Shown here: positions 36,932 to 45,795 of the stretch, one piece after another
How the letters are laid out: the number at the start of each line of letters is the position of its first letter
Numbering within the stretch: the first letter of the stretch is position 1
Source: Acidimicrobiales bacterium
GTDB lineage: Bacteria > Actinomycetota > Acidimicrobiia > Acidimicrobiales > Bog-793
Direction: 5' to 3'
NCBI GenBank assembly: GCA_050008715.1
Contig: JBEKMC010000001.1
Location: 25,280-89,279 of the forward strand
Length of the DNA stretch: 64,000 nt
Position numbers and translations under genes: made by a program
The notes under the pieces: model-generated
Database searches by the model: none
The model's input: only the letters and a program-made list of their open reading frames with translations
What the model was told of the DNA's origin: nothing

Positions 36932-39204
36932 CTCGGGTGCGGCGCTTGCATCGCCGCGAGGAAGGCGACGGCGTCGGCACGCTCCTTCGTGCGACGCATA
37001 GGCGGGAGCGCCTTCACGAGGTAGCCCGAGTAGCTCGCCGTCGCCAGGCGAGGGTCGAGCACGGCGACGACGCCGCGGTCGGTCTCCGTCCGGATGAGGC
37101 GTCCGGCACCCTGGGCCAACAACGTCGCCGCCCGCGGAAGGTCGACCAGCCGAAAACCCATCGCGCCCGCCGCCTCCCGTCGTGCAGCCATGAGTGGCTC
37201 GTCCGGCCGAGGAAACGGAATCTTGTCGATCACGACGAGCGACAGCGTCGCACCGGGCACGTCAACCCCCTGCCAGAACCCCATCGTCGCGAACAGGCAT
37301 GCCGCCTCCTCCGAGCTGAATGCTTGCAGGAGCGCGGCCTTCGGGAGATCGCCCTGCACGTGGACCGGCCACGGGATCCTGGGACGGAGGGCGTCGGCCG
37401 CTGCCTGCATCGCCCGGTAGCTCGTGAACAGCCCGAGCGTGCGGCCGCCGGCTGCCCGGACGAGTGCTTCGAGCTCGTCGTGGAGCGCCGCCTCGGAGTT
37501 CGGCCGGCGGCGGTCGGGCAGGCGGGCGGCGCAATAGAGGAGGCCGTGGCCGGCGTAGTCGAACGGGCTGCCGACGTTGAGCTCCGTGACCGTGCCGGCG
37601 GCTGCTCCGAGGCGTTGGGCGAGGCCGGGCGGCAACGTGGCACTCGTCAGGACGACCGGGATCTCGGCGAACACCTGCTGGGCGAGAAAGCTGCTCACGT
37701 CGAGCGGGGCGGACCTCAGAGAGGGCCGGTCGCCGCCGGTGACCCACACGACCTCCTCCGCCGCCGGGCGCGGGCCGGCGGGGGCGGGCGGGGCGGCGGG
37801 GGCGGCGGCAGCGGCGGCGGGAGCGGCGGCGGGAGCGGCGGCGCCGGCGGCGGGGGCGGGGGCGGCGAGCGGGGCGGGGGCGGCGAGCAAGCACGACTCG
37901 AGCTCCTCCCGGCAACGCTCGACGGCGAGGAGCGCCCGCAGGGCTCGCTGGGCGGTGTCGCTCGTGGTGGGCTGATCGGACTGGGAGGCGCGCCGCAGCT
38001 CGCGTTCGAGCTGCACGAGCCGGGCCACAGTGAAGCTCACGGCCGGGCCGACCACGTCACCGAGACCGGGAGGCAGCCGCTGTTCGGGGACAGAGGCCAG
38101 GGCATCTTCGAAGCGACCGGCCGCCGCCAGTACTCCGTCCACGGCCTCAGTGCCGGCCCGGGCAGCCCGCCCGCCAGCCGCAACAGGACCGCCGCCGGCA
38201 TCGAGCCCGCGTCCGGCACTGTCGAGGGATGGGCGAGCGGCCACGGCGATGCCTCGCAGCCGTCCGGGGCTGACGTCGACGCCGAGACAAGCGGCGAGCA
38301 CGTCCTCCAACTCGTGCGCCTCGTCCACGACGAGCGCACCGTGTTCCGGCAACACGGCCCCTCCGCTCCGGAGGTTCGCCCCGAGGAGGTGGAGATTGAC
38401 GATGACGACGTCCGCCGCGCCCGCCAGAGCTCTGGCTCGCTCGGTGAAGCAGTCGGCACCGGACGGGCACCGATGAGCACCCGGGCACTCGTCGGCTCCG
38501 ACGCTGACCGCGGACCATGCTGTCGGGTGAGGCTCGAAGTCGAGCTCGCCGCGGTCGCCTGACACCGTCGACTCAGACCACTGCACGAGGCGCGTCACCT
38601 GCTCACCGAGTGAGCCCCGAAGGTTCGCGGTGGAGGCGCCGACTCCCTCGAGGCTGCCTTGCCGGCCCGCCTGCTCCATCTCGGCGAGCCGCTGCCGGCA
38701 GAGGTAGTTCGATCGGCCCTTCAGAACCGCCCAGCGGATCGGGCGACCGAGCTTGACGCTCTTCGCTACAAGGGGCAGATCTTTCGTCGCGAGCTGGTCC
38801 TGGAGCGCCTTCGTAGCGGTCGCCACGACCACGCACGACGACGACAGGACCGCGGGCACGAGGTAGGCGAACGACTTGCCGGTCCCGGTCCCGGCCGTGA
38901 CCGCTACGTGACGAGGCTGGTGACTGGGACCGGTGCCGTAGGCGTTGCCGTTCCCTTTGCTGTTGCCGTCGCCGCCGGCGTGGCCGACGTTGCCGTCGTT
39001 GCCGGCCCGGCCGGCGTTGCCGGCTCGGCCGACGTTGCCGTCGTTGTCGGCCCGGCCGGCGTTGCCGGCTCGGCCGGCGCCGGCGGCGCTCGCCAGGCAA
39101 GCTGCCACCGCCTCAGCCATCGCCCGCTGTCCCTCGCGAACTTCTGCCGCCGGCAGCTTGGCGACGACCCGCCCGAGCTGATCGGTAACGGTCAGCCGTG
39201 CCAC
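36916..39204 (-). CDS. dinG: DinG/Rad3-family Fe-S ATP-dependent DNA helicase
   Basis: It has Walker A (TAGTGTGKSFAYLVPA), Fe-S cysteines (SNYLCRQR...ECPGAHRCPSGADCF), a DEAH box (VVDEAHELED) and C-terminal helicase motifs (SATL..., FATMGFWQGVDVPG..., GRLIRTETDRG). The start is either GTG 39204 or ATG 39342. Third-position GC drops between the two, which favours 39204. Confidence 0.8.
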   Translation of the reverse strand: MARLTVTDQLGRVVAKLPAAEVREGQRAMAEAVAACLASAAGAGRAGNAGRADNDGNVGRAGNAGRAGNDGNVGHAGGDGNSKGNGNAYGTGPSHQPRHVAVTAGTGTGKSFAYLVPAVLSSSCVVVATATKALQDQLATKDLPLVAKSVKLGRPIRWAVLKGRSNYLCRQRLAEMEQAGRQGSLEGVGASTANLRGSLGEQVTRLVQWSESTVSGDRGELDFEPHPTAWSAVSVGADECPGAHRCPSGADCFTERARALAGAADVVIVNLHLLGANLRSGGAVLPEHGALVVDEAHELEDVLAACLGVDVSPGRLRGIAVAARPSLDSAGRGLDAGGGPVAAGGRAARAGTEAVDGVLAAAGRFEDALASVPEQRLPPGLGDVVGPAVSFTVARLVQLERELRRASQSDQPTTSDTAQRALRALLAVERCREELESCLLAAPAPLAAPAPAAGAAAPAAAPAAAAAAPAAPPAPAGPRPAAEEVVWVTGGDRPSLRSAPLDVSSFLAQQVFAEIPVVLTSATLPPGLAQRLGAAAGTVTELNVGSPFDYAGHGLLYCAARLPDRRRPNSEAALHDELEALVRAAGGRTLGLFTSYRAMQAAADALRPRIPWPVHVQGDLPKAALLQAFSSEEAACLFATMGFWQGVDVPGATLSLVVIDKIPFPRPDEPLMAARREAAGAMGFRLVDLPRAATLLAQGAGRLIRTETDRGVVAVLDPRLATASYSGYLVKALPPMRRTKERADAVAFLAAMQAPHPSQDSS
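37810..37888. repeat. GC-rich in-frame tandem repeats (3 x 12 nt then 2 x 18 nt) inside dinG
   Basis: The 12-nt unit agcggcggcggg occurs three times, the third variant. The 18-nt unit ggggcgggggcggcgagc occurs twice, perfectly. Together they encode an Ala/Pro tract (AAPAPLAAPAPAAGAAAPAAAPAAAAAAPAAPPAPAGP). Confidence 0.9.
38983..39072. repeat. 2 x 45-nt tandem duplication inside dinG (1 mismatch)
   Basis: The unit gccgacgttgccgtcgttgccggcccggccggcgttgccggctcg occurs twice. It encodes AGRAGNAGRA(D/G)NDGNVG repeats immediately N-terminal to the Walker A motif. Confidence 0.95.
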
Positions 39205-39357
39205 GGCGGCGACCCTACCGAGGCGGTGGCCGGTGGGGGCGCGGATGGGCGGGGTTTCTCGAACCGTGGACCCAAAACGACCGGAGAGGGGTAGCTCCGG
39301 TCGCTCCGTGCACTCGGTTGGCGGCGCTCGGCGGCGCGACATCACTACTCTTCCGCC

Positions 39358-41109
39358 GTGCAGCTGCGCCGCGTCGGAATCGTCGTCGCCGCCGGCGCCG
39401 GATATCTCGCCGTCTCGGTGGTCCTGTGGTGGCACCTGTGGGCTGTCGGGCTCGGTCACGGCATCGTGGCGGGCGGCTACGGCGATCCCGACCAGGACGT
39501 CTGGTTCCTCGCCTGGGTACCGCACGCTCTGTCGCATGGGCTCAATCCCTTCTTCAGCAGGGCGATGTTCGCCCCGAAGGGGATCAACCTCACCGTCAAC
39601 ACGAGCATCCTCCTGCCCTCCCTCGTCATGACGCCGGTCACCGAGCTGTTCGGCCCGCTCGTGTCGTTCAACGTCGCCGTTGTCCTCGCACCGGCGTTGA
39701 GCTCGTTGACCGCTTTCGCGGCATTCCGGCGGTGGGCACCATGGGCGCCCGGACGCTGGCTGGCATGCCTGTTGTACGGTTTCTCGCCGTTCGTGCTCAA
39801 CGACCTCCTGTCGGGTCACCTGCACCTGACGATCCTCGTGTTCCCACCGCTGGCGCTCGTGCTCTTCGACGATCTCCTGGTACGCCGGCAAGGAAACGCC
39901 GTCACCAAAGGAGTCCTGCTCGGCCTCGTCTTTGCCGCTCAGTTCCTCACCGGCCAGGAGCTCATGGCGATGATGGCGATGGTTGCCCTTTGTGGGGTCG
40001 CCATCTTGGCGTTGCGTCACCCGGGCGAGGCCAAGCGGCACTGGCGGCGGGTGGCGACCGGCCTCGCCAGCGGTGTCATCGTCGCCGGCGTGCTGCTGGC
40101 CGTTCCCGTCTACGAGCTGCTGGCCGGGCCTCGCCGCTTCGGCGGCACCGTCTTCCCGGTGCCGTATGCGTTCTGCATGGTGTTGCGCACGTGGCTGTGG
40201 CCGCTCGGCGGTTGGCCTCAAGCCAGAGCGGCGTCCTATGTCGGGCTTCCGATCCTTCTCGTCGTCGCCGTCGCCTGCTGGCGGATCCGCGACGGCACGC
40301 TGCGCTTCGCGGCCGCAATGGCGGGGGTGGCGTTGATGTTCGGTCTCGGTGACAGCATCCATTGGAGTGCGACCCTGAACACGCACATCCCGCTCCCCGA
40401 CACGATCTTCAGTCATTGGCCGTTGTTGAAGAACCTGTTGCCGGTGCGCTTCGCCCTCATGATCAACCTGTTCCTGGCGCTCGCGCTCGCCATCACCTTC
40501 GAGCACGTGCGGGCGTGGTGGGCGGCTCGTCAGATGTCCACGTCACCGGGGGCCAGTCGCCGCCTCGTCGCCGGTCTCGTCAGCCTCGGGCTCGGTGTCG
40601 TGACGTTGGCGTCGCCGGCACTGGGCTCCCCCATCCCTTACAGCATCCGGCGGATCGCCGTGCCGGCGGTCTACCAGTCACCCGTCCTCCGCGATCTGCC
40701 CGCCGGGACGGTGTTGCTCGGGTTCCCGTTGCCGAACGGGTTCTTCGCCGACCCGCTCGTGTGGCAGGCAGAGGAGTCGATGCCGTACGACCTCGTGGCC
40801 GGGTACGGCTTCATCCCGAGCCCGACGGGCACGCAGCCGACGGGACAGATGTGGCCGAGCATCGCGTATCAGCTCTTCCAGGAGGCGCAGCTCGGACTGT
40901 TGCCTCGGCGTCCGGACCCGACAGACGTCACAGAGCTGCGGGCGGACCTGTCGGCCTGGCACGTGTCGGTCGTCGTCGAGTACGTGGGCTACATCTCCGT
41001 GGTGCAGCCGGGCGAGCTGGCCGCCGTCGTCGACGCGGCAACGGGCGTCGCTCCGCTTCGAGTCGACGGCGCCTGGGTGTGGCGGCTGCGGCTTCCGGCA
41101 CCGACGTAA
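39358..41109 (+). CDS. polytopic membrane protein, GT-C-like glycosyltransferase candidate
   Basis: The 583-aa product has at least 10 hydrophobic helices and an acidic motif in the first loop (GDPDQDVWFLAW). It has a soluble C-terminal domain of about 150 aa. I recognise no specific family. Confidence 0.55.
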   Translation: MQLRRVGIVVAAGAGYLAVSVVLWWHLWAVGLGHGIVAGGYGDPDQDVWFLAWVPHALSHGLNPFFSRAMFAPKGINLTVNTSILLPSLVMTPVTELFGPLVSFNVAVVLAPALSSLTAFAAFRRWAPWAPGRWLACLLYGFSPFVLNDLLSGHLHLTILVFPPLALVLFDDLLVRRQGNAVTKGVLLGLVFAAQFLTGQELMAMMAMVALCGVAILALRHPGEAKRHWRRVATGLASGVIVAGVLLAVPVYELLAGPRRFGGTVFPVPYAFCMVLRTWLWPLGGWPQARAASYVGLPILLVVAVACWRIRDGTLRFAAAMAGVALMFGLGDSIHWSATLNTHIPLPDTIFSHWPLLKNLLPVRFALMINLFLALALAITFEHVRAWWAARQMSTSPGASRRLVAGLVSLGLGVVTLASPALGSPIPYSIRRIAVPAVYQSPVLRDLPAGTVLLGFPLPNGFFADPLVWQAEESMPYDLVAGYGFIPSPTGTQPTGQMWPSIAYQLFQEAQLGLLPRRPDPTDVTELRADLSAWHVSVVVEYVGYISVVQPGELAAVVDAATGVAPLRVDGAWVWRLRLPAPT

Positions 41110-41146
41110 GGGCCGGCGAGGTCGGCGGGTCGTCGCTACGCGCCAC

Positions 41147-41192
41147 TTCTGGAGTGAGAAAGCGACCGCTACGGTGGTTTTCTCACTCCAGA
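41147..41192. terminator. perfect 15-bp stem / 16-nt loop hairpin between convergent genes
   Basis: The arms are ttctggagtgagaaa (41147-41161) and tttctcactccagaa (41178-41192). The right arm contains the methyltransferase stop codon. Confidence 0.6.
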
Positions 41193-42277
41193 ACTTCGGC
41201 CGGCGTTAGCCGGCCACGGCCCGGATTCGGGCCAGTGGCGGCGGCGGCCATGGCTGCGCACACAACGTCCCGAGCGCCCGAGAGAACGATCAGCTCGGTG
41301 TTCCTCAGATGGGACACCTCGCCGACCTTGACTCCCCCTGGGTTGTGGATGCCGATCTGGGCACCTACGTACCGCTTTGAGTCAAAGCTGAGGACCTCGA
41401 CATGTCCTCTCGAGCCGCACATGGCGGTGAGGTCGTCAAGCGTCAGCCAGGCCTCGTCGTTGTAGGACACGGCGAGGAGGCGGCTCCGGGCCGCCTCGAT
41501 GACGCTCGCCAGCGCCGTCGCCATCGAGCGGCGGCCGTTGAAGGGGCTGTGGGACGCCGGTTCCCGGCAATCGACGCGCTTGCAGGCGGTGCCGTAGTGC
41601 TGCGGGGCGTCCCACCGCACGAGCGTCTCCCAGACGTGATAATTCGAGAAGTACCGGTGCTGGTTGTAGGGCGGGTCGAGGTACGCGAAGTCGAATTCGC
41701 CGGTCAGCGACCTGGCCGTGTCGAGGGCGTCGCCCAGCAGCGCCGTGCCGTCGCCCTCGATGAGGTTCGGGACGCGTAATTCGAGCGGCTTCAGGGCGCG
41801 GGGCGCCCACTGCTTCAGGTAGGCCATCTGCAGCCCGGTGGTGGAGTCGACTCGATCCGCCGCCTCGAGCAGGCTCGACAGGAGCAGGGGATACAGCGGC
41901 GTTCCGGCGAAATCCTCGATGGCGTCCCGGATGGCGTCGATACGAGCCCCGTTGTCCGGGTGGAAGTAACGCGCCGTCTCGCAGAAGACCGCCGTGACAT
42001 AGCCCCGCACGGGCGGGCGGGCCGCCAAATAGCCCAGTACTTCGGTGAGCTCCCGGACATCGATGTTGCGGGCGTTCGTGGCGACGTACGCCTGCGCGAG
42101 GACGTGGGCGTAGGTGGCCGAGTCGACGGCGGTCACGTGGGCGCCGCTCTTCTTGAGGGCTTGGGCGACGCGGGTCGTCCCGGTGAAGAGGTCGAGCGCC
42201 CGTGTCGTCCCGACGGACTGGGCGAGGAGGGTGATGGCTGGGACGAGGCGGCGTTTTGACCCGAGATACTTGATCAC
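41183..42277 (-). CDS. Dam-type (D12 class, alpha-group) N6-adenine DNA methyltransferase
   Basis: Three motifs are present: motif X VIKYLGSKRRL, motif I ALDLFTGTTRV and motif IV AYLDPPYNQ. The GTG start overlaps the adnB stop (GTGA). Confidence 0.8.
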   Translation of the reverse strand: MIKYLGSKRRLVPAITLLAQSVGTTRALDLFTGTTRVAQALKKSGAHVTAVDSATYAHVLAQAYVATNARNIDVRELTEVLGYLAARPPVRGYVTAVFCETARYFHPDNGARIDAIRDAIEDFAGTPLYPLLLSSLLEAADRVDSTTGLQMAYLKQWAPRALKPLELRVPNLIEGDGTALLGDALDTARSLTGEFDFAYLDPPYNQHRYFSNYHVWETLVRWDAPQHYGTACKRVDCREPASHSPFNGRRSMATALASVIEAARSRLLAVSYNDEAWLTLDDLTAMCGSRGHVEVLSFDSKRYVGAQIGIHNPGGVKVGEVSHLRNTELIVLSGARDVVCAAMAAAATGPNPGRGRLTPAEVLE

Positions 42278-45200
42278 GCCGCTGCGACCGCCGCCCGGAC
42301 ACGGGCGACGGCCGCCGGGAGATCTGGCACGTCGAACTCGATCGGGCGACCCGGCGGCGCCAGGAAGACGAGCACGCACCGTCGTACGGGCATCCCCGTC
42401 GCGTCCGCCAGCGCCAGTGCGTAGGCGGCGGCCTGCAGGGAATAGCGCTCAGCGGATGCGAGCACGTCCGCCTGATCCCGTACCGAGTCGGTCTTGTAGT
42501 CGATGACGACGAGTCCACCGTCGTCTTCGAAGCAGATGTCAACGTAGCCGTCGAGCACGACCCCGCCGACCATCGTGGCGACATAGACCTCACGCCGAGG
42601 GCTGCCCGAATCGAAGGCGGCTTTCACCGTCGGGCTGGACAAGGCCGAGGCCACGAGGTCTTCCACTTCGCCCGCCCGGGCGCCGATGCCCTCCGACCCC
42701 GCCTGGGCAGCCGCAAGCTCGCGAAGCTCGGAAAGATCCGCGCCATGGGGTGTGCCGTCGGCGATCCGGCGGGCCACGTCCTGGCCGACGGACTGCAGCA
42801 CGGCGTGGACGGCCCGGCCGAGCTGCGTGCCGCCGCGCCCTCGACGGCGCCCTGCGCCACCGGCGTCGGCGCCGGGCGCCTCTTCGTCGATGGGCGCCTC
42901 CGCTCGCGTGCCGGCCTCGGCGCCCTCCCAGCCCAGCCCCGCCAGGGCCGCCACCTCGGTCGCCCGAACGCTCCTGCGCCGCCGGACCCGCTCCAGCAAC
43001 TCGATGCGCTCGCCCTGCCAGGCGTGCCAGTCCGCCGGCGACCTGGCCGTCCGCCTGGCCGTACGTCGGGCGACGACGGGGACGCTCATGGCGGTGACGT
43101 CGAACAGGGAGACCTGCGTCCCCGGGCCGAACGTCGCGCCGGCCTGGTCTGGCCGCTCCCCCGCGTCCGACACGTGGACGTCGTCGGCGGCGATCGGCTC
43201 CCACAACCCTGGGACACGCTCGAGCGCTTCAGTTGCGGCCTCGTAGAGCCGCTGGCCAAGGGTGCCGTCGCCGGCCGTCGCTGCGTGGTGGGCACAGACG
43301 ACGAGATGGTCCTGGGCGCGAGTGGCCGCCACGTAGAGCACCCTGACGGCCTCCGCCCTCTCGAGCGCCTGCTCGGCGGTTCTGAGCACGTCCACTCCGG
43401 CGGTCCGCAGATCTGCCCGCAGGTGCACCTCGGGTCGCCCGCCGGCGCCACGTAGGACCTTGCGGCCGACGCCGCGGGGGACGTCGTCACTGGTCCCGAA
43501 TCCCGCCAGCACGGCGATGGGGAACTCGAGGCCCTTCGCCGCATGGACGGTCAGGATGTGAACGACCTCTTCGTCGGGCTCCGGCAGGATCGACTCCACC
43601 GAACGAAGACCTTCGGAGAGCTGCTCCTCGACCCAGTCGGCGAACGCCCGCAGCCCTCCGCCACCCGCCTCGACGAACGCCCGCGCCCGCTCGATCAAGA
43701 AACGCACCCGCCTCCATGACTCCCGCTCCCGCGGCGAGCCGACTGACAGCTGTAAGAGCCGCCGATCACGGACGGCCGCTTCGAGGACACCCACCGGGCC
43801 GAGCTCGAAGCGCCTGGCTCGGTAGCCCCGCAGTGCCGACAACGCGCCGGCGACGACCTCGGCACCGGCGACATGGGCTTCGCCACCCTCGCCGGCCTGC
43901 AGGCGCTCCTCGACCGACCACACTCCGCCGTCACGCCGGTACCCATAGAGCTCGTCGTCCCGGCAGGCAAAGGCCGGCGAGCGCAGCGCCGCCAACAGCG
44001 CCACCCGGTCAGCCGGGTCGTCGATCGCCCGGCACAGGGCGAGGAGGTCGCGCACCTCCTGGCTCCGGTAGATGAGCGACGCGCTCTCGACCCTGTAGCC
44101 GATCCCGTGGGCGTCGAGCGCCGCCTCGAGCTCGGCAAGGCCTGTCCTGCGGGGCACCAGAATGGCGACGTCGCTCAGCCGGGCCGGCCGGCGGGCGTCA
44201 TCGTCGCCGACGAGCCAGCCCTCGGTGTTCACGGCCCGGTCGATGGCCATGGCGCAGGCCTCAGACTCGACGACGCGCTGGTCGTGCCGCTTGAGAGAGC
44301 CGTCCAGCTCCCCCCCGGCGATCCGGACCGGCACCCGGTGCCCCGTAGACGGCCGCACCGGCTCGAGTCGCGAGTAGCTGTCTCCCATGAGCGACGTGAA
44401 GCACTCGTTGGCAAACTCGAGGATGCCGGGCACGGATCGGAAATTCGACGTCAACGCGACAGGACCTCCTTCGGCGAGACGTGCCCGGGCGACTTCGTAG
44501 GCAGCCAGGTCGGCTCCGCGGAAGCGGTAGATCGACTGCTTCGGGTCGCCGACGAAGAACAACCGGCCAGCGTCCTTGCCACCGATGAGCTCGGCGATCT
44601 CGAGCTGCAGCGGGTCGGTGTCCTGGAACTCGTCGATCAGCAGGTATCTGAGCTTGCCCCGCACCCGCGCGAGCACACCCGGGTTCTCGGCCAGCAGATC
44701 GCGGGCAAGCACGAGCAGATCGTGGAACACAAGCGTTCCCGCGGCACGACGAGCGGCCGCCGCCTCAAGGGCCACGACGTCGAACGTGGCTACGAGCGCC
44801 GGCAGCACGGCGTCGGCAACCTCCGCGACGGCCCTCGACCGGGCCTCCCGGGCATCGCTGAGATGGCCGCGCACTTCGTCGACGTCACATGCCCAAGCGC
44901 CCTTCTGGCCGGCGTTCCCGATCCGCAGCGACGGCTGTTGTGCCGCCAGCACGGCAAGGCGCGGATCACCAGCCACTCCGCCGCCGGCGGCGCGACCGCC
45001 CGCCGCGAAGTCCTCGTCCTCGTCCTCGCCCTCGTCCGAGCCGGACAAAAGAACCTGGAGATCCCTCGCCTCGCGCAGCCGCAGCAAGAGGACGTCGCCG
45101 GGATCGGTGCAGTGCGGTTCGAGGGCGAGAGCCCCCTCGAGGCTGGCGAGGACGTCGGCCGTGCCCCGATCGACGGCGGCCGCCACGATCGCCAAGACGG

Positions 45201-45795
45201 CGGGCACATCGGGACCGGCGGTTGCGCACCGGTCCCACTCCTCACTCACCTCTTTAGCCAGGTCTTGCAAGTGGGCCGGCGTGACCCCCACCACGGAAGC
45301 AACCCCGAAGAGCTGGCGCATACGCTCGTCCTCGCCGAGACGATCGAGCACGGCAGACCAGTGCTCACGCCAGGCGAGGCTCTGGCGCACCTCGTCGAGA
45401 ATCTCGATCCGTGGCGGCAGGCCTGCCTCGATGGGATGCTCGGCGAGCAGCCGCTGGCAGAAGCCGTGGATCGTCGAGATCGCCGCCTCGTCCAGATGAT
45501 CGAGCGCGTCCTGTACCCGGCGTCGCTCCGCTCCGTCCCGGCCCCGGTTGGCGAGACTCGTCAGCTCCGACCGCACCCGCACTTTGAGCTCCAGCGCCGC
45601 TGCCTCGGTGAAGGTGATGGCGGCGAGGTCCTCGAGCCCACACGCGCCCGACCTCAACAGCTGCACGATCCGCGACACGAGCGCGGTCGTCTTGCCCGAA
45701 CCCGCTCCCGCTTCCACGAACAGCGTCGAGTCCAGGCGGTACTCGATCGTGTGCCTCGCGGCAGAATCGGCCAGGCGCCGCGCCGAGACGCTCAT
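42274..45795 (-). CDS. adnB: UvrD-type helicase / RecB-type nuclease subunit (AdnB/AddA-like)
   Basis: The 1173-aa product has Walker A (EAGAGSGKTTALVSRIV), motif II (YLLIDEFQDTDPLQ) and a C-terminal PD-(D/E)XK nuclease (GYVDICFEDDGGLVVIDYKTD). Confidence 0.85.
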   Translation of the reverse strand: MSVSARRLADSAARHTIEYRLDSTLFVEAGAGSGKTTALVSRIVQLLRSGACGLEDLAAITFTEAAALELKVRVRSELTSLANRGRDGAERRRVQDALDHLDEAAISTIHGFCQRLLAEHPIEAGLPPRIEILDEVRQSLAWREHWSAVLDRLGEDERMRQLFGVASVVGVTPAHLQDLAKEVSEEWDRCATAGPDVPAVLAIVAAAVDRGTADVLASLEGALALEPHCTDPGDVLLLRLREARDLQVLLSGSDEGEDEDEDFAAGGRAAGGGVAGDPRLAVLAAQQPSLRIGNAGQKGAWACDVDEVRGHLSDAREARSRAVAEVADAVLPALVATFDVVALEAAAARRAAGTLVFHDLLVLARDLLAENPGVLARVRGKLRYLLIDEFQDTDPLQLEIAELIGGKDAGRLFFVGDPKQSIYRFRGADLAAYEVARARLAEGGPVALTSNFRSVPGILEFANECFTSLMGDSYSRLEPVRPSTGHRVPVRIAGGELDGSLKRHDQRVVESEACAMAIDRAVNTEGWLVGDDDARRPARLSDVAILVPRRTGLAELEAALDAHGIGYRVESASLIYRSQEVRDLLALCRAIDDPADRVALLAALRSPAFACRDDELYGYRRDGGVWSVEERLQAGEGGEAHVAGAEVVAGALSALRGYRARRFELGPVGVLEAAVRDRRLLQLSVGSPRERESWRRVRFLIERARAFVEAGGGGLRAFADWVEEQLSEGLRSVESILPEPDEEVVHILTVHAAKGLEFPIAVLAGFGTSDDVPRGVGRKVLRGAGGRPEVHLRADLRTAGVDVLRTAEQALERAEAVRVLYVAATRAQDHLVVCAHHAATAGDGTLGQRLYEAATEALERVPGLWEPIAADDVHVSDAGERPDQAGATFGPGTQVSLFDVTAMSVPVVARRTARRTARSPADWHAWQGERIELLERVRRRRSVRATEVAALAGLGWEGAEAGTRAEAPIDEEAPGADAGGAGRRRGRGGTQLGRAVHAVLQSVGQDVARRIADGTPHGADLSELRELAAAQAGSEGIGARAGEVEDLVASALSSPTVKAAFDSGSPRREVYVATMVGGVVLDGYVDICFEDDGGLVVIDYKTDSVRDQADVLASAERYSLQAAAYALALADATGMPVRRCVLVFLAPPGRPIEFDVPDLPAAVARVRAAVAAA

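Noticed and set aside
38940-39090. Repetitive block that could be mistaken for a small CRISPR array or a PE/PGRS-like gene.
   Set aside because: There are only two 45-nt units, directly abutting with no spacers. They are in frame inside dinG, and no cas genes are present.
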